Notes: generated by a model not told the origin, from the letters alone. DNA of 63,835 nucleotides, filler included, from Lenisia limosa (GCA_001655205.1; 11 parts of 11 records of this genome joined end to end with filler, not necessarily neighbours in it); one strand, 5' to 3'. Numbered from the whole stretch's first letter, positions 28,736 to 42,700 are shown. Made by a program: numbers and translations.

Positions 28736-28807
28736 GGGTGGTTAGCTCAGGGGTAGAGCAATCGACTGCAGATCGATAGGTCTCGAGTTCAATTCTCGAA
28801 CTGCCCT
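28736..28807 (+). tRNA. tRNA-Cys (GCA)
   Basis: Cloverleaf: acceptor GGGTGGT/ACTGCCC, D-arm GCTC-AGGGGTA-GAGC, anticodon arm ATCGA-CTGCAGA-TCGAT, T-arm TCGAG-TTCAATT-CTCGA. An oligo-T Pol III terminator follows. Confidence 0.95.
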
Positions 28808-29060
28808 TATTTTTTTAGTTTCAATCTTCTGTCATATTTTTCTTGGGTACAAAAAACTTGAACTCTAATTTCCACAAATGGACGCGGAAAAACTTCCCTT
28901 ATTTGGAAAGAAATGGTATGTTCAGTGTGAGGCTTACCACCACTTTCATTTGAAATCCTATAATTTACAGCCTCCCCCTAGCCCCTAACTTAACAACAGT
29001 TGCAATCTTTGGTCATTTGATATCTCTTATTAATGGGTTGTTCACCTTTGAATTAACATT

Positions 29061-29156
29061 ATGACAGATTCAAGCGAACCCCAAGAGGAGAATGAGGAAG
29101 TCATTTCCCTGGATGAAGAAGCACAGAATGCCCTTCTTGAAGCGGAATTGGCCGAG
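29061..29156 (+). CDS. First exon of an acidic hypothetical protein (segment ends shortly after)
   Basis: ATG...MTDSSEPQEENEEVISLDEEAQNALLEAELAE followed by a GTTGAG donor. Confidence 0.45.
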
Positions 29157-32100
29157 GTTGAGTTAGGTTGGTGGTGGTGGTTGTGGTTGTAGGAGTGGTG
29201 ATGAATATGGTGATGGTGGTTGTGGTTGTAGGAGNNNNNNNNNNNNNNNNNNNNNNNNNNNNNNNNNNNNNNNNNNNNTTAATTAATTAANNNNNNNNNN
29301 NNNNNNNNNNNNNNNNNNNNNNNNNNNNNNNNNNTCCCCTCATATATACAGTGACCCCGGGATGAGTCTTGCTTGATTTCCTTGGGAAGTCACATAGCAA
29401 ATCGGTCAAGATTTATTCTGGTCCCTGTATATTTTGCACCCCTCTCACTGCTTGCATAAATGACGTTCCTCTCAGGGATGTGCCCTCGTCATTGTAGCAG
29501 TAGAGGACAACTAGGAAATTAAAAATATTACCTGTCTGAGAAAGTAAGGAAAATGTATATCAGAGAGTATAAAAAATAATGCCACTTTAAAACATAAAAA
29601 TACTGTAAATACGCTTTTGAAGCAGCTTTCAACATTCGTGTCACCTTTTATTACTGAAGAATATTGCAATGAGAATTTATTTAAATTAGATTGTATCCGT
29701 CCACACCATCACGCTTATAATAGATNNNNNNNNNNNNNNNNNNNNNNNNNNNNNNNNNNNNNNNNNNNNNNNNNNNNNNNNNNNNNNNNNNNNNNNNAAG
29801 AACCAAAATGAAGCCCTAATTTGCAGAAGAGAACAACTGGAGAAGAATAAGCTGAGTTAAAAATCAAAAAAATATATATAATATCGATACACAGTGACCT
29901 CATTAGCATATTATACAAATATATCATACATATATGATTGACATATGATGATATAGAATATCATATACAATGAAATATACATTTCAACATACCCGCCTCC
30001 TTCTCATACAGTCATTCTCCCCCAAAAACAAAACAATAATTACCCTCCTACTTTGCTGGAAGGCTTTGTTGATCGGGCCGATATAACCAGGTACTGTCAC
30101 ACTGAGGGGTCAGAAAATGATTGCTATTCTAGTACACTGATGATTGATATATAGTTATGAGAAATGAAAAATAAGGTTGTATCTGACCGAAGCCGTCACG
30201 CTTATAAGAGATATTAGAATATTGCATTATTAATTCACCCAAAATAAGGTACACACCATCATGCATATAAGAGATACTGGTAGGTAGTCTATATGCTTGC
30301 TTGATTTTCCTCCATAGGGACTTACAGTATCGATATAGTACCTGTGCCAATTTTTTGAAAAAACAAATTACAAAGGAAAAAACAAAGCGGAAAAATTAGA
30401 GAAATAGAAGAAATGCTCTCAAAAACCTTTTTTTTTTCTTTTCTTTTATTGTTTCTCTATACACATACTGGCATGGATTTCCTCTAGCAGCGCATTGGGT
30501 CATATAGTACTTATGTCCGCAAAACGCTGGGGGCAAGTCGCCTCTTTCTGTGAAANNNNNNNNNNNNNNNNNNNNNNNNNNNNNNNNNNNNNNNNNNNNN
30601 NNNNNNNNNNNNNNNNNNNNNNNNNNNNNNNNNNNNNNNNNNNNNNNNNNNNNNNNNNNNNNNNNNNNNNNNNNNNNNNNNNNNNNNNTGAGAGATGCGA
30701 AGAAAAAACAGTTTTAAATGCAGAAGTGTGTTTAACAACGGTTTTATTTCAGAAATAACAAAGGTTGCGTGGAGACAAAACAATAAGAAATAAGGTTTAC
30801 CCTTATTTCGAAAATCAATTCACGGACTATCCAAGTCACCCTACCCTGTCTTGATTTCTACTTTCATATTCTCTTTTAGAACCTCTATCGTCAAATTGTT
30901 AGAATCCCACCTGAAGCTTTGAAAACGAGGTCCTTTGGTTCGCCCTCAATCATAAACGTCTCAAATCCCTCCACGCTGTAAAGCGAAGGGTTCCCTGTGT
31001 TTGTAAAATAAACAAATGCACAAAAAAAAAAGGGTTTCTTGTAAGATAAACAGATTCACATCAAACGAGGGTTTCCTATTTGAGTTGAAACTCATGATAA
31101 ACCGCAAAGAAAAAGAAACCTCCCAAAATTTACTAACCCCTCCTCCCGCCCTCACTTAGACACTGTTTCGGGTAACTCGCAGATTCGGGTGCCTGAAACT
31201 CCCCAGTGCCACATGCAGTTGTACATTGCGAGCCCGCAGCGTTCAGTAAGAATCCCTGTTAAGTGGTGAGGGAAAATAAATGGAAAGTGTGAGGAATTTG
31301 GAAACCACACCATCACGCTTAGAAGAGATATTGGATTATAGTGTACTATTAATTCACCCAATCATTTGCCTTCTGTGCACTCAGCTTTCTACGTACCTCC
31401 CCAGCATACATGCTATTGTTATTATATACATTATATAATGTATATAGGTCATCTCTTATCCTGGTAACTGTACATATGCATCACCCCCCCCCCCACAGAT
31501 GAAGAACTGCATTTATTACATTCCGAAGGGACATTTAGTCCGGNNNNNNNNNNNNNNNNNNNNNNNNNNNNNNNNNNNNNNNNNNNNNNNNNNNNNNNNN
31601 NNNNNNNNNNNNNNNNNNNNNNNNNNNNNNNNNNNNNNNNNNNNNNNNNNNNNNNNNNNNNNNNNNNNNNNNNNNNNNNNNNNNNNNNNNNNNNNNNNNN
31701 NNNNNNNNNNTTATTATGGGCATTTTAAGGGTTATTAGGGAGGCATAATGGGGCTCATCTATAAAGTGGGTGGCAGCGACTGTAGTTAAACAATAATAAA
31801 AAAATATATGGTAAAAGTGGTACATATACAAATATATTTTTTTTTCCATGTTTATGAACAAAATTAAAAACAATAAAAGGATAATTTGGGCTCCATAATG
31901 GTTTGTTTACGATGGTGGTGGTGTCTGTGTGTAATAGGTAAAAACATGTTAAAAACTCGTAAAAAAACTCATAAAACCCGTAAAAAAAAAAAAANNNNNN
32001 NNNNNNNNNNNNNNNNNNNNNNNNNNNNNNNNNNNNNNNNNNNNNNNNNNNNNNNNNNNNNNNNNNNNNNNNNNNAAAACTAATAAAACCCCCACAATAT

Positions 32101-32201
32101 TATCCCCGCATACGAACGCAGCCCTCCGAGCCAACGAAGAAACCCGGAGCACATCCCGAAATGCATGTCTGAAAGTGTGAAAGGAGTCAGGGGGGTGGGT
32201 A

Positions 32202-32295
32202 GGGCTTCACATCGCTCGAAAAATTCGGTTGTAAATATCGATAGTTTTCTAGAATTTATCGAGAAGTTCAGTCTTTTTCGAACCGAAGTGAAACC
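32202..32295. mobile_element. MITE family A copy
   Basis: TA-GGGCTTCAC...CGAACCGAAGTGAAACC. Confidence 0.75.
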
Positions 32296-32538
32296 AGCAG
32301 GGAAACTTATAGCGCACCCATTCACCTCCACTTAGTGTTAATTTCTACACAAAAATCACCCANNNNNNNNNNNNNNNNNNNNNNNNNNNNNNNNNNNNNN
32401 NNNNNNTTAATTAATTAANNNNNNNNNNNNNNNNNNNNNNNNNNNNNNNNNNNNNNNNNNNNTTCCTTCATTCCACCCCACTCCCCTCCATTGTGGGCCC
32501 TTTTTGTTGCATAAATGCTCCAATTTTACCCCCTCCAG

Positions 32539-33845
32539 CCCACAACTCCTCCATGTGCCTTGCCGCTCCCGGACAGGAGACTCAAGTCATCAAGCACTCC
32601 GACCTCCCCTTCCGTACCTGCCTCTTCCTCTCTGAGGACCAGGTTCGACCGTCCTCAAGTATCCGCTTTTTTTTTTAGTTTTGAAGGCTATTGATCGTCA
32701 TTTCGTTGGGGGTTTTAATCCAGTTTCACTCCCCCCCCCCCNNNNNNNNNNNNNNNNNNNNNNNNNNNNNNNNNNNNNNNNNNNNNNNNNNNNNNNNNNN
32801 NNNNNNNNNNNNNNNNNNNNNNNNNNNNNNNNNNNNNNNNNNNNNNNNNNNNNNNNNNNNNNNNNNNNNNNNNNNNNNNNNNNNNNNNNNNNNNNNNNNN
32901 NNNNNNNNNNNNNNNNNNNNNNNNNNNNNNNNNNNNNNNNNNNNNNNNNNNNNNNNNNNNNNNNNNNNNNNNNNNNNNNNNNNNNNNNNNNNNNNTGTTG
33001 CTGCCGGCTACGACAACCAGCCCTATCTCTTCAAGAAGACTGGTGACGTTTGTGGGGCGTCAAAGCGTCTTTTTTCAGCAAAGTCTCTTGAAACTAAAAT
33101 CATTCAGATTTCTATGATCCTTTTCAATAGAGAGCAAAAAATAAATAAAATAATAATACTAAAAAAAGATTCGGCGGTTGGACTATACTATATATCGATA
33201 TTTGTCGCGAAATTAAGAGCAAAATACGTTGATTATGTAATCAATCCTTCACCACCCTGACCGGGCGTAGAAGTGGGCCTTCGCTGCCAAGCTCGACGCC
33301 AAGAAGAAGGCTGCTGGTCCCGCCAAGACCGGAACCCGTGCCGCCTTCGCAATGTTCCAGAACACTGCTCGCACTGGCGCCACCGGAGGCAAGGTTTGCG
33401 TGGATTCAATAAAAGCTAGGAGTGATGACGGGTAACGAGAAATGACTCCTCTTTTAGGATTTGTTTGATTTCTTGTCACAACAATTTCGTTTATTTTTAT
33501 TTATTTTATTTTTGCACTCGTGTGTTTGTCAAATGATAAGTCAACTGAGTTGATTTTGGTTTTTATCCATGACCGAGTTGAATTTTGTTTCAATTTTTTT
33601 TTCACATTGACCAATTTTACCTTTATTTTATTTAATTTTTTTTCGTAAATTGACCAATTTTACTCCCCCAGGCCACAGAGACCAACCTTGAGACCACCCA
33701 CCAGAACGCCATCACGTCCATCACCGCCCTCAAGAAGGACGCCGCCGGCAAGGTCACCTCCTTCTCGACTTCCGGTTATGACGGCCGTATCGTTGTTTGG
33801 TCCGTTAAGACTCTTGCCGACCAGATTGACGAGCTGACCCTCTAA
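32539..33845 (+). CDS. ARPC1: Arp2/3 complex subunit 1 (p41-Arc, WD40), C-terminal part
   Basis: Exons AHNSSMCLAAPGQETQVIKHSDLPFRTCLFLSEDQ, VAAGYDNQPYLF, RAAFAMFQN and LETTHQNAITSI...FSTSGYDGRIVVW match the ARPC1 C-terminus. Confidence 0.9.
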
Positions 33846-34237
33846 GTTTCGGTCTTATAAGTTATCAATATAATGTTAATACGTTGTTATCTCTTTCGGT
33901 CCTTCGGTCCATATTATATCATATCATATGATATGCTATAATCTGTGTGCTCAGAGTTGTAAGGCTGGCTGAATTACTACGATAATCTAATATCTCTTAT
34001 GATTGTGTGGGAGTTGTGTGAACGGATTCGGCAGGATGATGCAACCATTTTATTTCTCATATTACACTATAATGTTTACATTGTTTCACTACTTGCAAAA
34101 AATCCAGATTCAAAAGTAGAAGATAGAAGCGTTCCATAATATTAAACAAATCTGATGTACCACACCAGAACAGAAACAGAAAAACAAATAAACAGTCCAG
34201 ATAGATACCAATAACTTAGAGATAATAGAAAGCCCGC

Positions 34238-34880
34238 TCATGATTCCCCGAGTGCAACTTCAGCCAGAGTTGACAGACATGATACGTCCATAATGTTGCG
34301 TGTGGGGGACTCCTTCTTAAAAGTGGGCGCTGGGGGCTTGCTGGGGGCCTCGGGAGTATCCGGGTGCCCGCGGGGGAATTCGTCTGGATCCATGGAGATC
34401 TAAAGGATGAGCCCACATGTAGCTGAAACATCCTTTTTACCGACATTGTTAGAGAATCAAGGTTGATTCTCTAACTAATACCACTGTCTATTTCCACCAA
34501 TTATTATATTATTCCGAATTACACAACATACTGGGGTCCAATCGTAATATTCTTTATTATACAATATACTAACCTTAATATTCTCCATTTGTTCCAGTGC
34601 CTGCTGGGAGTCCGACAACTCCAAAGCAAGTGCCGTAATATGCAGCCTAAAGCAGATAAATAAAAATATCAAGAAGATCATGCACCTCTTCACTCCAAAG
34701 ATCACCCCTCACCCCTCACCCCCAAAAAAAAGTCACGTAACCCCCTCTCAACGGTTCATTGCCTGAGACGTTCTCCTTTGCCCGAGTGCTTCGTCGCCTG
34801 AATCGCTGCCCCCGTCGGATGGAACTCTCACTCGAGCATTTCACCATTGACGTGAATCCCTCTCTGAAGACGTTAGTGCT
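34238..34880 (-). CDS. 3' exons of a hypothetical protein
   Basis: Terminal exon ISMDPDEFPRGHPDTPEAPSKPPAPTFKKESPTRNIMDVSCLSTLAEVALGES* plus a coiled-coil-like exon LHITALALELSDSQQALEQMENIK, with GT-AG boundaries. Confidence 0.35.
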
Positions 34881-35024
34881 CGGAAGAAACGAGGAATTGA
34901 GAAAGCCGTGAAAAAAAAAAGGAGTGTAAGGAATCGGGGATATTGTTGCTCCTTTTGACCAAAATCTTGAATTTGGGGTTCGGTTAAGATGACAAGAATC
35001 TAGTTTGAATCTTGCTTTAACAGA

Positions 35025-35097
35025 ATAACACAGTACCATTATATGACAATAACACAGTACCACTATATGACAGAATAACATAGTACCATTATATGAC
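35025..35097. repeat. Tandem repeat, ~25-bp unit, 3 copies
   Basis: AATAACACAGTACCATTATATGAC repeated. Confidence 0.85.
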
Positions 35098-35289
35098 ATC
35101 AGATGATACAAGGGAACCAAAAAGAATAAAAAAAGCAATAGGTCAACAGACCTTGGATCAAATATAGAGTACTGAACTATTCATCTAAAACTCTCGAATA
35201 TTTACACTGAACGCGATAAGTCCTAATACGAATGTTTTTCTTAATATTTTTTAAAATTTACTTCATTTTTCAAATCAAAAGTGGGATAT

Positions 35290-35950
35290 ATTAGTCAAGG
35301 TGTTCAAATTTATGTTTGAAACTTTTTTTCTAATATGGATTATTTAGTGAATCCTTTCACTAAATTCATTAAAAATGACAATATTTGGGCTGTTTTAGCC
35401 AAATATTATTTCAAATTGTCAATTATACAAAAAAATAATAAATAAAATAAGGTTTTTTTATCCTTTTTCAAGTCAATGAAAGGAATACTGTTTCATATGA
35501 TATCATAAATAAATGTCAAAACGAAAAAACCATTTCTTAAACACAGAAAAAAAGCGTTTAGTTGTGAGTTGAGCAACCCAAAGTGGCGATGACGTCACGG
35601 CAGCATTGAGACATGGCTGACCAGAATGGCGATCATCTCATGGTTAATTGAGTCCCATGCGATGTTGAGATGCTATCAAGGGTCTTCTTAACATCTTCTT
35701 GTTCTGCCCAGGATGCACCAGGCATTCTCAATCAATTTAACATCGAGATTGTTCTTCAAATTCTGGTGAATACACTTAGCCAGTGAACATTGGCACTCAA
35801 AATACAAGCCTATAGGTTTCACTAAATTCAATAATGACAAAATAGTATCAAATACTGTCAATTTTGATGAATTCAGTGAATGGATTCACTAAAAAATTTG
35901 TAGACTGAAAAATGGTGGAAGACCAAAATTTGGACACTTTGTCTCATAAA
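35290..35950 (-). mobile_element. Internally deleted, decayed Tc1/mariner-like element
   Basis: Minus strand 35558-35810 reads, with stops and frameshifts, HWLS.SPEF..LIENAWCILGR...AWDSINHEMIAILVSMSQCCRDVIATLGCSTHN*. This resembles the Tc1 C-terminus (WPSQSPDLNPIEHLW...SMPRRCQAVIDANGYATKY). Imperfect inverted repeats flank it (35343-35380 vs 35856-35892, extending to ~35290 and ~35950). Confidence 0.65.
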
Positions 35951-36914
35951 CCCAACTTTTAATTTGAAAAATACATGAAATTCCGTTTAAATATTGGAAA
36001 ACATTCGTGTCAGGACATATTGCGGTCAGTGTACATATGTTGATCTGTAGCCCCTTACCCAAAGGATGGTTCAATACTATCGTGTGACTGGGCTTTCTCC
36101 ATTTTGGCCTAAAGGGATAAGAGCAATGTCAAGCGAAGCTACCCTTGAATTTTCCCCCAGATTTGATTTAAAGGGTTTCAAAAAAATATCACTTATGATG
36201 TTGAATTTCTACAATCTACATTAAAAAAGATTACACTAGATTGTGCTTCAGAAATTATAAAAGATAAATAAAGAAGATTCTCATTTTTTCGACAAACAAG
36301 AAAACACCCTCTTGCCCACCGTGAACGACGAGTGGTTGTTTGATGTGCCTAAAGGAATTAAAACCAATCCAGTGGGTAAGAGTGGTAGACGGGAAATGGA
36401 AACAAAAATTCCACAACAAGAGAAAAAGTGCAACAACAGAAAGATTAATATATCGATATGATATGTGTAGTAGTATATAATACATATATTTACTATACTA
36501 TAATATAATATAATATCATGATCCATTNNNNNNNNNNNNNNNNNNNNNNNNNNNNNNNNNNNNNNNNNNNNNNNNNNNNNNNNNNNNNNNNNNAGTCAGA
36601 TTTCACATTAATTTTTAATTATTGAAAAAAACATGCATAATTCAAGGCAGGTTGAGAACTTTACAAACATCCAAATGATTAGATTCGATATAATTACATA
36701 ACTATTTGTATGTAATAACCCAGATAANNNNNNNNNNNNNNNNNNNNNNNNNNNNNNNNNNNNNNNNNNNNTTAATTAATTAANNNNNNNNNNNNNNNNN
36801 NNNNNNNNNNNNNNNNNNNNNNNNNNNGGGGGGGGGGGGTAAATATGGAAAATTTACGAAACAAAAAAAAAGACCAAAATCAACTCTATTGGTTGACACT
36901 GCACTGCAGTGAGC

Positions 36915-36981
36915 CCAATATCGATAGTTTTCAAGGATTTATCCAGAAATTCAGTCTTTTTTTCGAACCGAAGTGAAGCCC
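36915..36981. mobile_element. MITE family A, partial
   Basis: Core plus right TIR TTTTCGAACCGAAGTGAAGCCC. Confidence 0.7.
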
Positions 36982-36999
36982 TTAGTGAGCCGCCCCTCG

Positions 37000-38676
37000 T
37001 ACCTCATGGGCATCCTCGGGGACTCCGTCATCTTCCACATAATCTTCCTCCTCTGAGTCCGATACATCATCAATATGGCTGCGGGAGGGGGGGGGTTAGA
37101 TTGAGAATATGAGATTTCAATTATATCTTGCTTGAAGAAAGAACAAATCCTCTGTGTAGAACTAGACAATCCCTGGTCAAAAACTTGCTTTTTGGGTTCA
37201 AATCATTACAGCGGGATGAATAAATACTTGCATTTCTGAAAACTAAAATTGGGGGTACATAATAAAACAAAACATTGCACAAAATGTATCCCATCATCCC
37301 CCCATACCCCGCCTCTTGTGCAGCCTTCTTCCACTGGTCAAACTTCTGACCTTCAGCAACCTGCGAAGCAAAATTAAATTTGAAGATTTATCTATAATTT
37401 ATTATCCAATATCCAATATCGATATATGTATTTATAGATGATATCCAATATCAATATATGTACTATATTGGCGTAAAGGNNNNNNNNNNNNNNNNNNNNN
37501 NNNNNNNNNNNNNNNNNNNNNNNNNNNNNNNNNNNNNNNNNNNNNNNNNNNNNNNNNNNNNNNNNNNNNNNNNNNNNNNNNNNNNNNNNNNNNNNNNNNN
37601 NNNNNNNNNNNNNNNNNNNNGAGAACTTCAGCCCCATTCACCTCACTCTGCACGAAATCCAGTTTCTTCTCGAGGCGATCCATCCAGGCCTCGCAGAAAG
37701 CCTTGTGTCTGTATGCAGCAGCCAGGTCCTGGAGTGAGCCTTGGAGGGCCTCCTCCGCCGCCGCCATCTCTTTGCCAATCTGGGGGGGGGTGAATTTCGA
37801 TGTAGCGTAAAAGGAGGGGGGGAGGGTAAAACGAAGGAAATTCTGATGAAGAATATTGGCGAAACGGTACAATCACGAATGAATAATCTGAAACTTCAAA
37901 TAAAAAAAAATAAAAAACAATAAACATGAGCAACCCACGTAAAAACAAGACAAAAAAAAACAGGCACAAACACAAACACTTCGCCCAAGCCAGCCGATGG
38001 GTGNNNNNNNNNNNNNNNNNNNNNNNNNNNNNNNNNNNNNNNNNNNNNNNNNNNNNNNNNNNNNNNNNNNNNNNNNNNNNNNNNNNNNNNNNNNNNNNNG
38101 CATCACCACATCCCATTACTCCAGCCTATCTTAGCCTGTCACATTTCAGTACTTAGTACAAGCTTAAATGTTTTTAACTACTTTTGAGTATTATCACTGT
38201 TAGAAAACGTTATACACATTTAAGCCCTGTAAATCAAGTTAGGGAAAAGTCTCCAAAATCCACCTCTCGAGCAGGATTAAGCTGAGTACAAAAAAAGAAA
38301 ATTGCCAAATTATTTTGCTGCGTACACAAGAGGCCAAAGACAAGTTCAGTTCCGAACTGGACCTTCTTGTCTGTCCAAAGATCACATCACAATTCAAACT
38401 TTGTAGTGAGCTACCTTTCTGCTCTAGGTTCCCAGGTCCATTTATTACCTGATAGGAGCGTGGAAAACAAAAGCCCACTTTAGAATCCTTGAATTTGAAA
38501 ACAGAAAGAGCCCCACACACCTTCATGATCACTCTGTCGCTTCTAACAGCCTTTTTCTTCTTACTACCAACCTGAATTCGGATTAGAAAGGGCAGGAAGA
38601 CCAAAGTCGTCCATCATTGAAAGAATACTGTCCCGACCAACGCCCAAATTACCATCTTAGCACGTTTGTCCACCAT
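37000..38676 (-). CDS. Hypothetical coiled-coil protein, multi-exon, gaps inside
   Basis: MVDKRAKM|VGSKKKKAVRSDRVIMK| ... IGKEMAAAEEALQGSLQDLAAAYRHKAFCEAWMDRLEKKLDFVQSE| ... VAEGQKFDQWKKAAQEAG| ... DDVSDSEEEDYVEDDG, with canonical splice sites. Confidence 0.4.
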
Positions 38677-39797
38677 TTTGTTTACCTAAACTGGACTTAA
38701 ATAAATCAGTGGTGATTGGAGCAGCCCGTTACACCCAGATCTCTGGATCTCGATTAGATCGGGGTTTCATCCAGTATTTGGCGCCGCCGCATATTAACTG
38801 GCCCCGCCTTTTCAGGCTCTTTGCACCTCCTACCCTCCCACCGCCTCTCTGCTTAAATCAGTAATATAAGGTTACCTACCTGGGGTATAGACCGGCATTC
38901 GGGAAGCCGAAGACTGTCTCGTGATGATCCCTGCCATATTGGCAGTATTAGCTTGGTATTATTAGCAAAGATTATGCAGAAATGTGGCAGAAATGATTGA
39001 AATGATGGAAATGGAGCCGCCAGTGACGCCACGGACGCCTCGATCTAGACGACGCAAAAAGTAGGAAGATACCTTGTTGTGTTTTAGACGTTGATTGGCT
39101 TTCCATGTGCATCATATACAGCTTGATTGGTTTTCCAAGTGCATCATATACAGCTTAACGCAAGCGGACTTTTTCCAAAGTGCTCGTTCAAGATGATGTT
39201 GAATGGACTGGGATAAAATCTTTATCAAAAAAGGGTTTCGGCATAAATATAAAGAAAAAATGCGAACGTGTTGCCTTTAATTGCTCAATATTCGTAAATG
39301 GGTTTGTGAGATTGCTATCCCAATTTCCAACCTGTTTCTTTTCCAACATATGTATGTTGGTAGCTATAAAATTGTTCTTGACAGTCCGTACACTTAATAG
39401 GAATGTCGTCAGATAAGATAAGCTGATAAGCCGATCTTTCTCTTCCCCTTTTCCAAATGATAGGATGGGAAATTATATGCTCTTGATAGGTGGACGGCTT
39501 CGGAAAAATTAACTTGAACTTGATATGAATTGGTTGTGATTTTTTTTAGTAGGTTCTGATTTTTTTTGAACCCTTGAGTGTCTCTCAACTCTTCGGCCAA
39601 CAGAGTTGATTGGACCCCCCCCCCNNNNNNNNNNNNNNNNNNNNNNNNNNNNNNNNNNNNNNNNNNNNNNNNNNNNNNGCTGCCAGACCCTATGGTGGTC
39701 CTTTCGCCTCTGGATGAACCAGCCTGTCCATCGCATTATCCTTATCACGGTCTTCGATTGCATTGCCTGGGTGGGGGAGGGGGGTATCTTATTGGTA

Positions 39798-39892
39798 GAG
39801 CTTCACTTCGGTTCGAAGAAAGACTGAATTTCTTGATAAATCCTCGAGAATCCTCGATATTTACCGGTGTTTTTCGAACCGAAGTCAAGTCC
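39798..39892. mobile_element. MITE family A copy
   Basis: TA-GAGCTTCACTTCGGTTCGAA...TTCGAACCGAAGTCAAGTCC-TA. Confidence 0.75.
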
Positions 39893-41924
39893 TACTTATT
39901 GGTGATGATGGTAATGATGATGATGATGGTAAATATTTTTGACCCAAATATTGTTTGTATATGATAATAAAGAAAAAGAAGAATCTATTCTATTACGACC
40001 ACCATCATCATCCCTCACAACCAAAGTAAATAGTCAAGTATGTTGTAAAAGAGGTATCAATGTGCGGCTTATTTCTGCCTTTATCATTCATTATTCGTTC
40101 AATTACTTGAGAAATTAATTTTGGAATTTGAATTGGGATTTATTGTAGCGAGAACTCCATTTCAGTCCCCTTTTCTTTTACATTTTCAATTAACTTCAAC
40201 AATTAGACCCTAATTCCTTGGATAATCCTTCAGTCGGTTTGGTTCAACCAGTTCTACTCGAGGACAGTGGAGGTGTACAACATTACGTGTTCCCCACTAT
40301 GGTAGGTAATACCTACTTGCTCTGTATCTCAATGGTATTAGTGTCTAAAAATACTTGGTTCCAACCCTGGTGTGTTTTCAAACGTTCAGCCAACATAGTT
40401 TATTTTTTGTTTCATACATTTCTATTATCACATCAGGCGTATGATTTTTTTAAAATACAGATACAGATACAGTGACCAAATAAGTTTTGACCGATTTGTT
40501 ATATGATCACTGTCCATATGTATCGTATAATATATCATCATATCATCATATGATGTATTTTGTAAATATTTATGTATTTTGTCACCCGCCCCTCGCAGGA
40601 GCAATAGATTGTGTCAACAGTGGGTGTTCCAACATTCCTTCTGGATTATCGCCGTTTACGTTCTCCCTTTGACCCTTTGGATTGTGGTTGGTGTGGGTTT
40701 TATTGGGTGTATGCACAGTTAGACGAAGGAATGTTTAATGTGAGTGTATGTGTGTGTGCGTTTGAGAAAGGAGGAAAAGAGGCAAAAGTGGCGTGATTCA
40801 CGTTCAATATGACGCGCAGTAAAGAATACCGTGCTTCGGATATCCGAGACAACTTTCCCATTTGAAACCCTGCTTTAAACCCAAGTATATACTACATGGA
40901 TTTGGGGTGGGGGGTACAATCCTAGTTTCAATAGAGATTTACTGCAAATAATTATTGATATCTCACCGTGCAGTACACCTGGGTGGCTATCCGGTGCATC
41001 CAGGACATTTCGACGCTCAATCGCTTCCTCTCCATCCTCTACTTCAAGCAGTATATGAACCTCATCTTTACTGGTGAGATTGGATGAGTAAAGGGCTTTT
41101 TCAAAAAATGACAAAACGAACAGATGGGGGAAAAATAAAAATAAAAAAATCCGTATTTTTACCTGGGCACAACCCTTTGATCTTAAGCGTCGCCACCATT
41201 TGGCCACCCGTTATCAAATATAAGGGTCGATTTTAGAGTCGAGTCTTGGGATATCAATTTCCAAGGTCTTGCTACTTCGATACCGAGAATCCTGTGAGTC
41301 TAATAGGAGGTGCACCGATTTTCCACGCTGTATGCTTCACCTGGCTTCCAAAGATCTATTCTCTCAATCCACTAAAAACAAAAATATTCCTGATCGTAAC
41401 CCTCCGCTTTTCTCAAAAACTCAAATAAAGACCACATCCGTAATTTAAGATGACTCTGGGGTTTTTCTTTTCTTTTATAACACCCTTAGTTACCTGTATT
41501 GCTCAGCGATTTTGGACGGCTTTCGCGTTCAATCTCATCATCAACTTCCTTGACGCCTACTATNNNNNNNNNNNNNNNNNNNNNNNNNNNNNNNNNNNNN
41601 NNNNNNNTTAATTAATTAANNNNNNNNNNNNNNNNNNNNNNNNNNNNNNNNNNNNNNNNNNNNGTAGCCTCTTCTCTTGCAACTGTCACTTTGAGAAATG
41701 AGAATATTTTTCAGCAGCTCCCTAACATTATATTTTAAAGTGAATGATGGGAATATTACACCTCTCCCCTTTTGGAGCATACTTCTCCCAAATGTCGCAT
41801 TAGCGACTTGGTACGTGGATATTGAACACTACATTTTTCTTCACAACAATATACCATAACTAGGAAACAAAAAACCAAGAATGAACTTTTGTTAAAAACA
41901 GTAAATAGAAAATAATCGGATATA

Positions 41925-42700
41925 ATATGCTGCTGCGCAGAAACCGTGTAACTTATGATTTTTTGATAACTTCACCATTTTTACTTTGGAAATAACGGTT
42001 TTACTCTAAAAACTGCCATGATACAACACAGGTACTTCACTGACAACTCTTTGAGGTAAACTCGTCACAGCTGAAAGAAAAATATTGTATTTCAACAAAG
42101 TTACGGTGACTTTTTCGTTTTCTTTCTTATTTTCTCAGTTCTTTCAGTGGTAGGGATAAGCACTCCTCCTCTAGTCANNNNNNNNNNAACAGATACGGTG
42201 ATGAAACAAGTTCGTTTCTTCGTTTTGGAAAAAGGAGAGAGAGTGGCAATTTTTACTTGGCCAGGTTTGACAATTTTATTATGCAAATAACCTCATGTGG
42301 ATAGCCTTTCGTTTTTATTTGCAAGTCTCCCTGGCTTACCTACATGATTAGTTTGAAGAATAAAGAACAGAGGCATCTGATTTAATGCTAATTTATTAGG
42401 TTATTGCGTCGCTTGAAGAGCTAAAGCCTGATCGTACAAGAAATATGAAAGTGAATAGAGGAGTGCTTACCCCTACCACTGAAAGAATTGAGAAAATGAG
42501 AAAGAAAAAGAAAAAGTCACCGTAACTTTGTTGAAATATAATATTTTTCTTTCAGCTGTGACGAGTTTACCTCAAAGAGNNNNNNNNNNAAAAAACCGTT
42601 ATTTCAAAGTAAAAATGGTGAAGTTCCCCAAAAATCATAAGTGACACGGTTTCTCAAAAGTTTCACGGTTTCTGCGCAGCAGCATATGTAATATCAATAG
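41925..42700. repeat. ~250-bp inverted duplication around a ~280-bp spacer
   Basis: 41925-42177 is the imperfect reverse complement of ~42455-42700. Both arms contain a GVLxPTTERxEKxRKKxKKSP* coding end. Confidence 0.8.
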
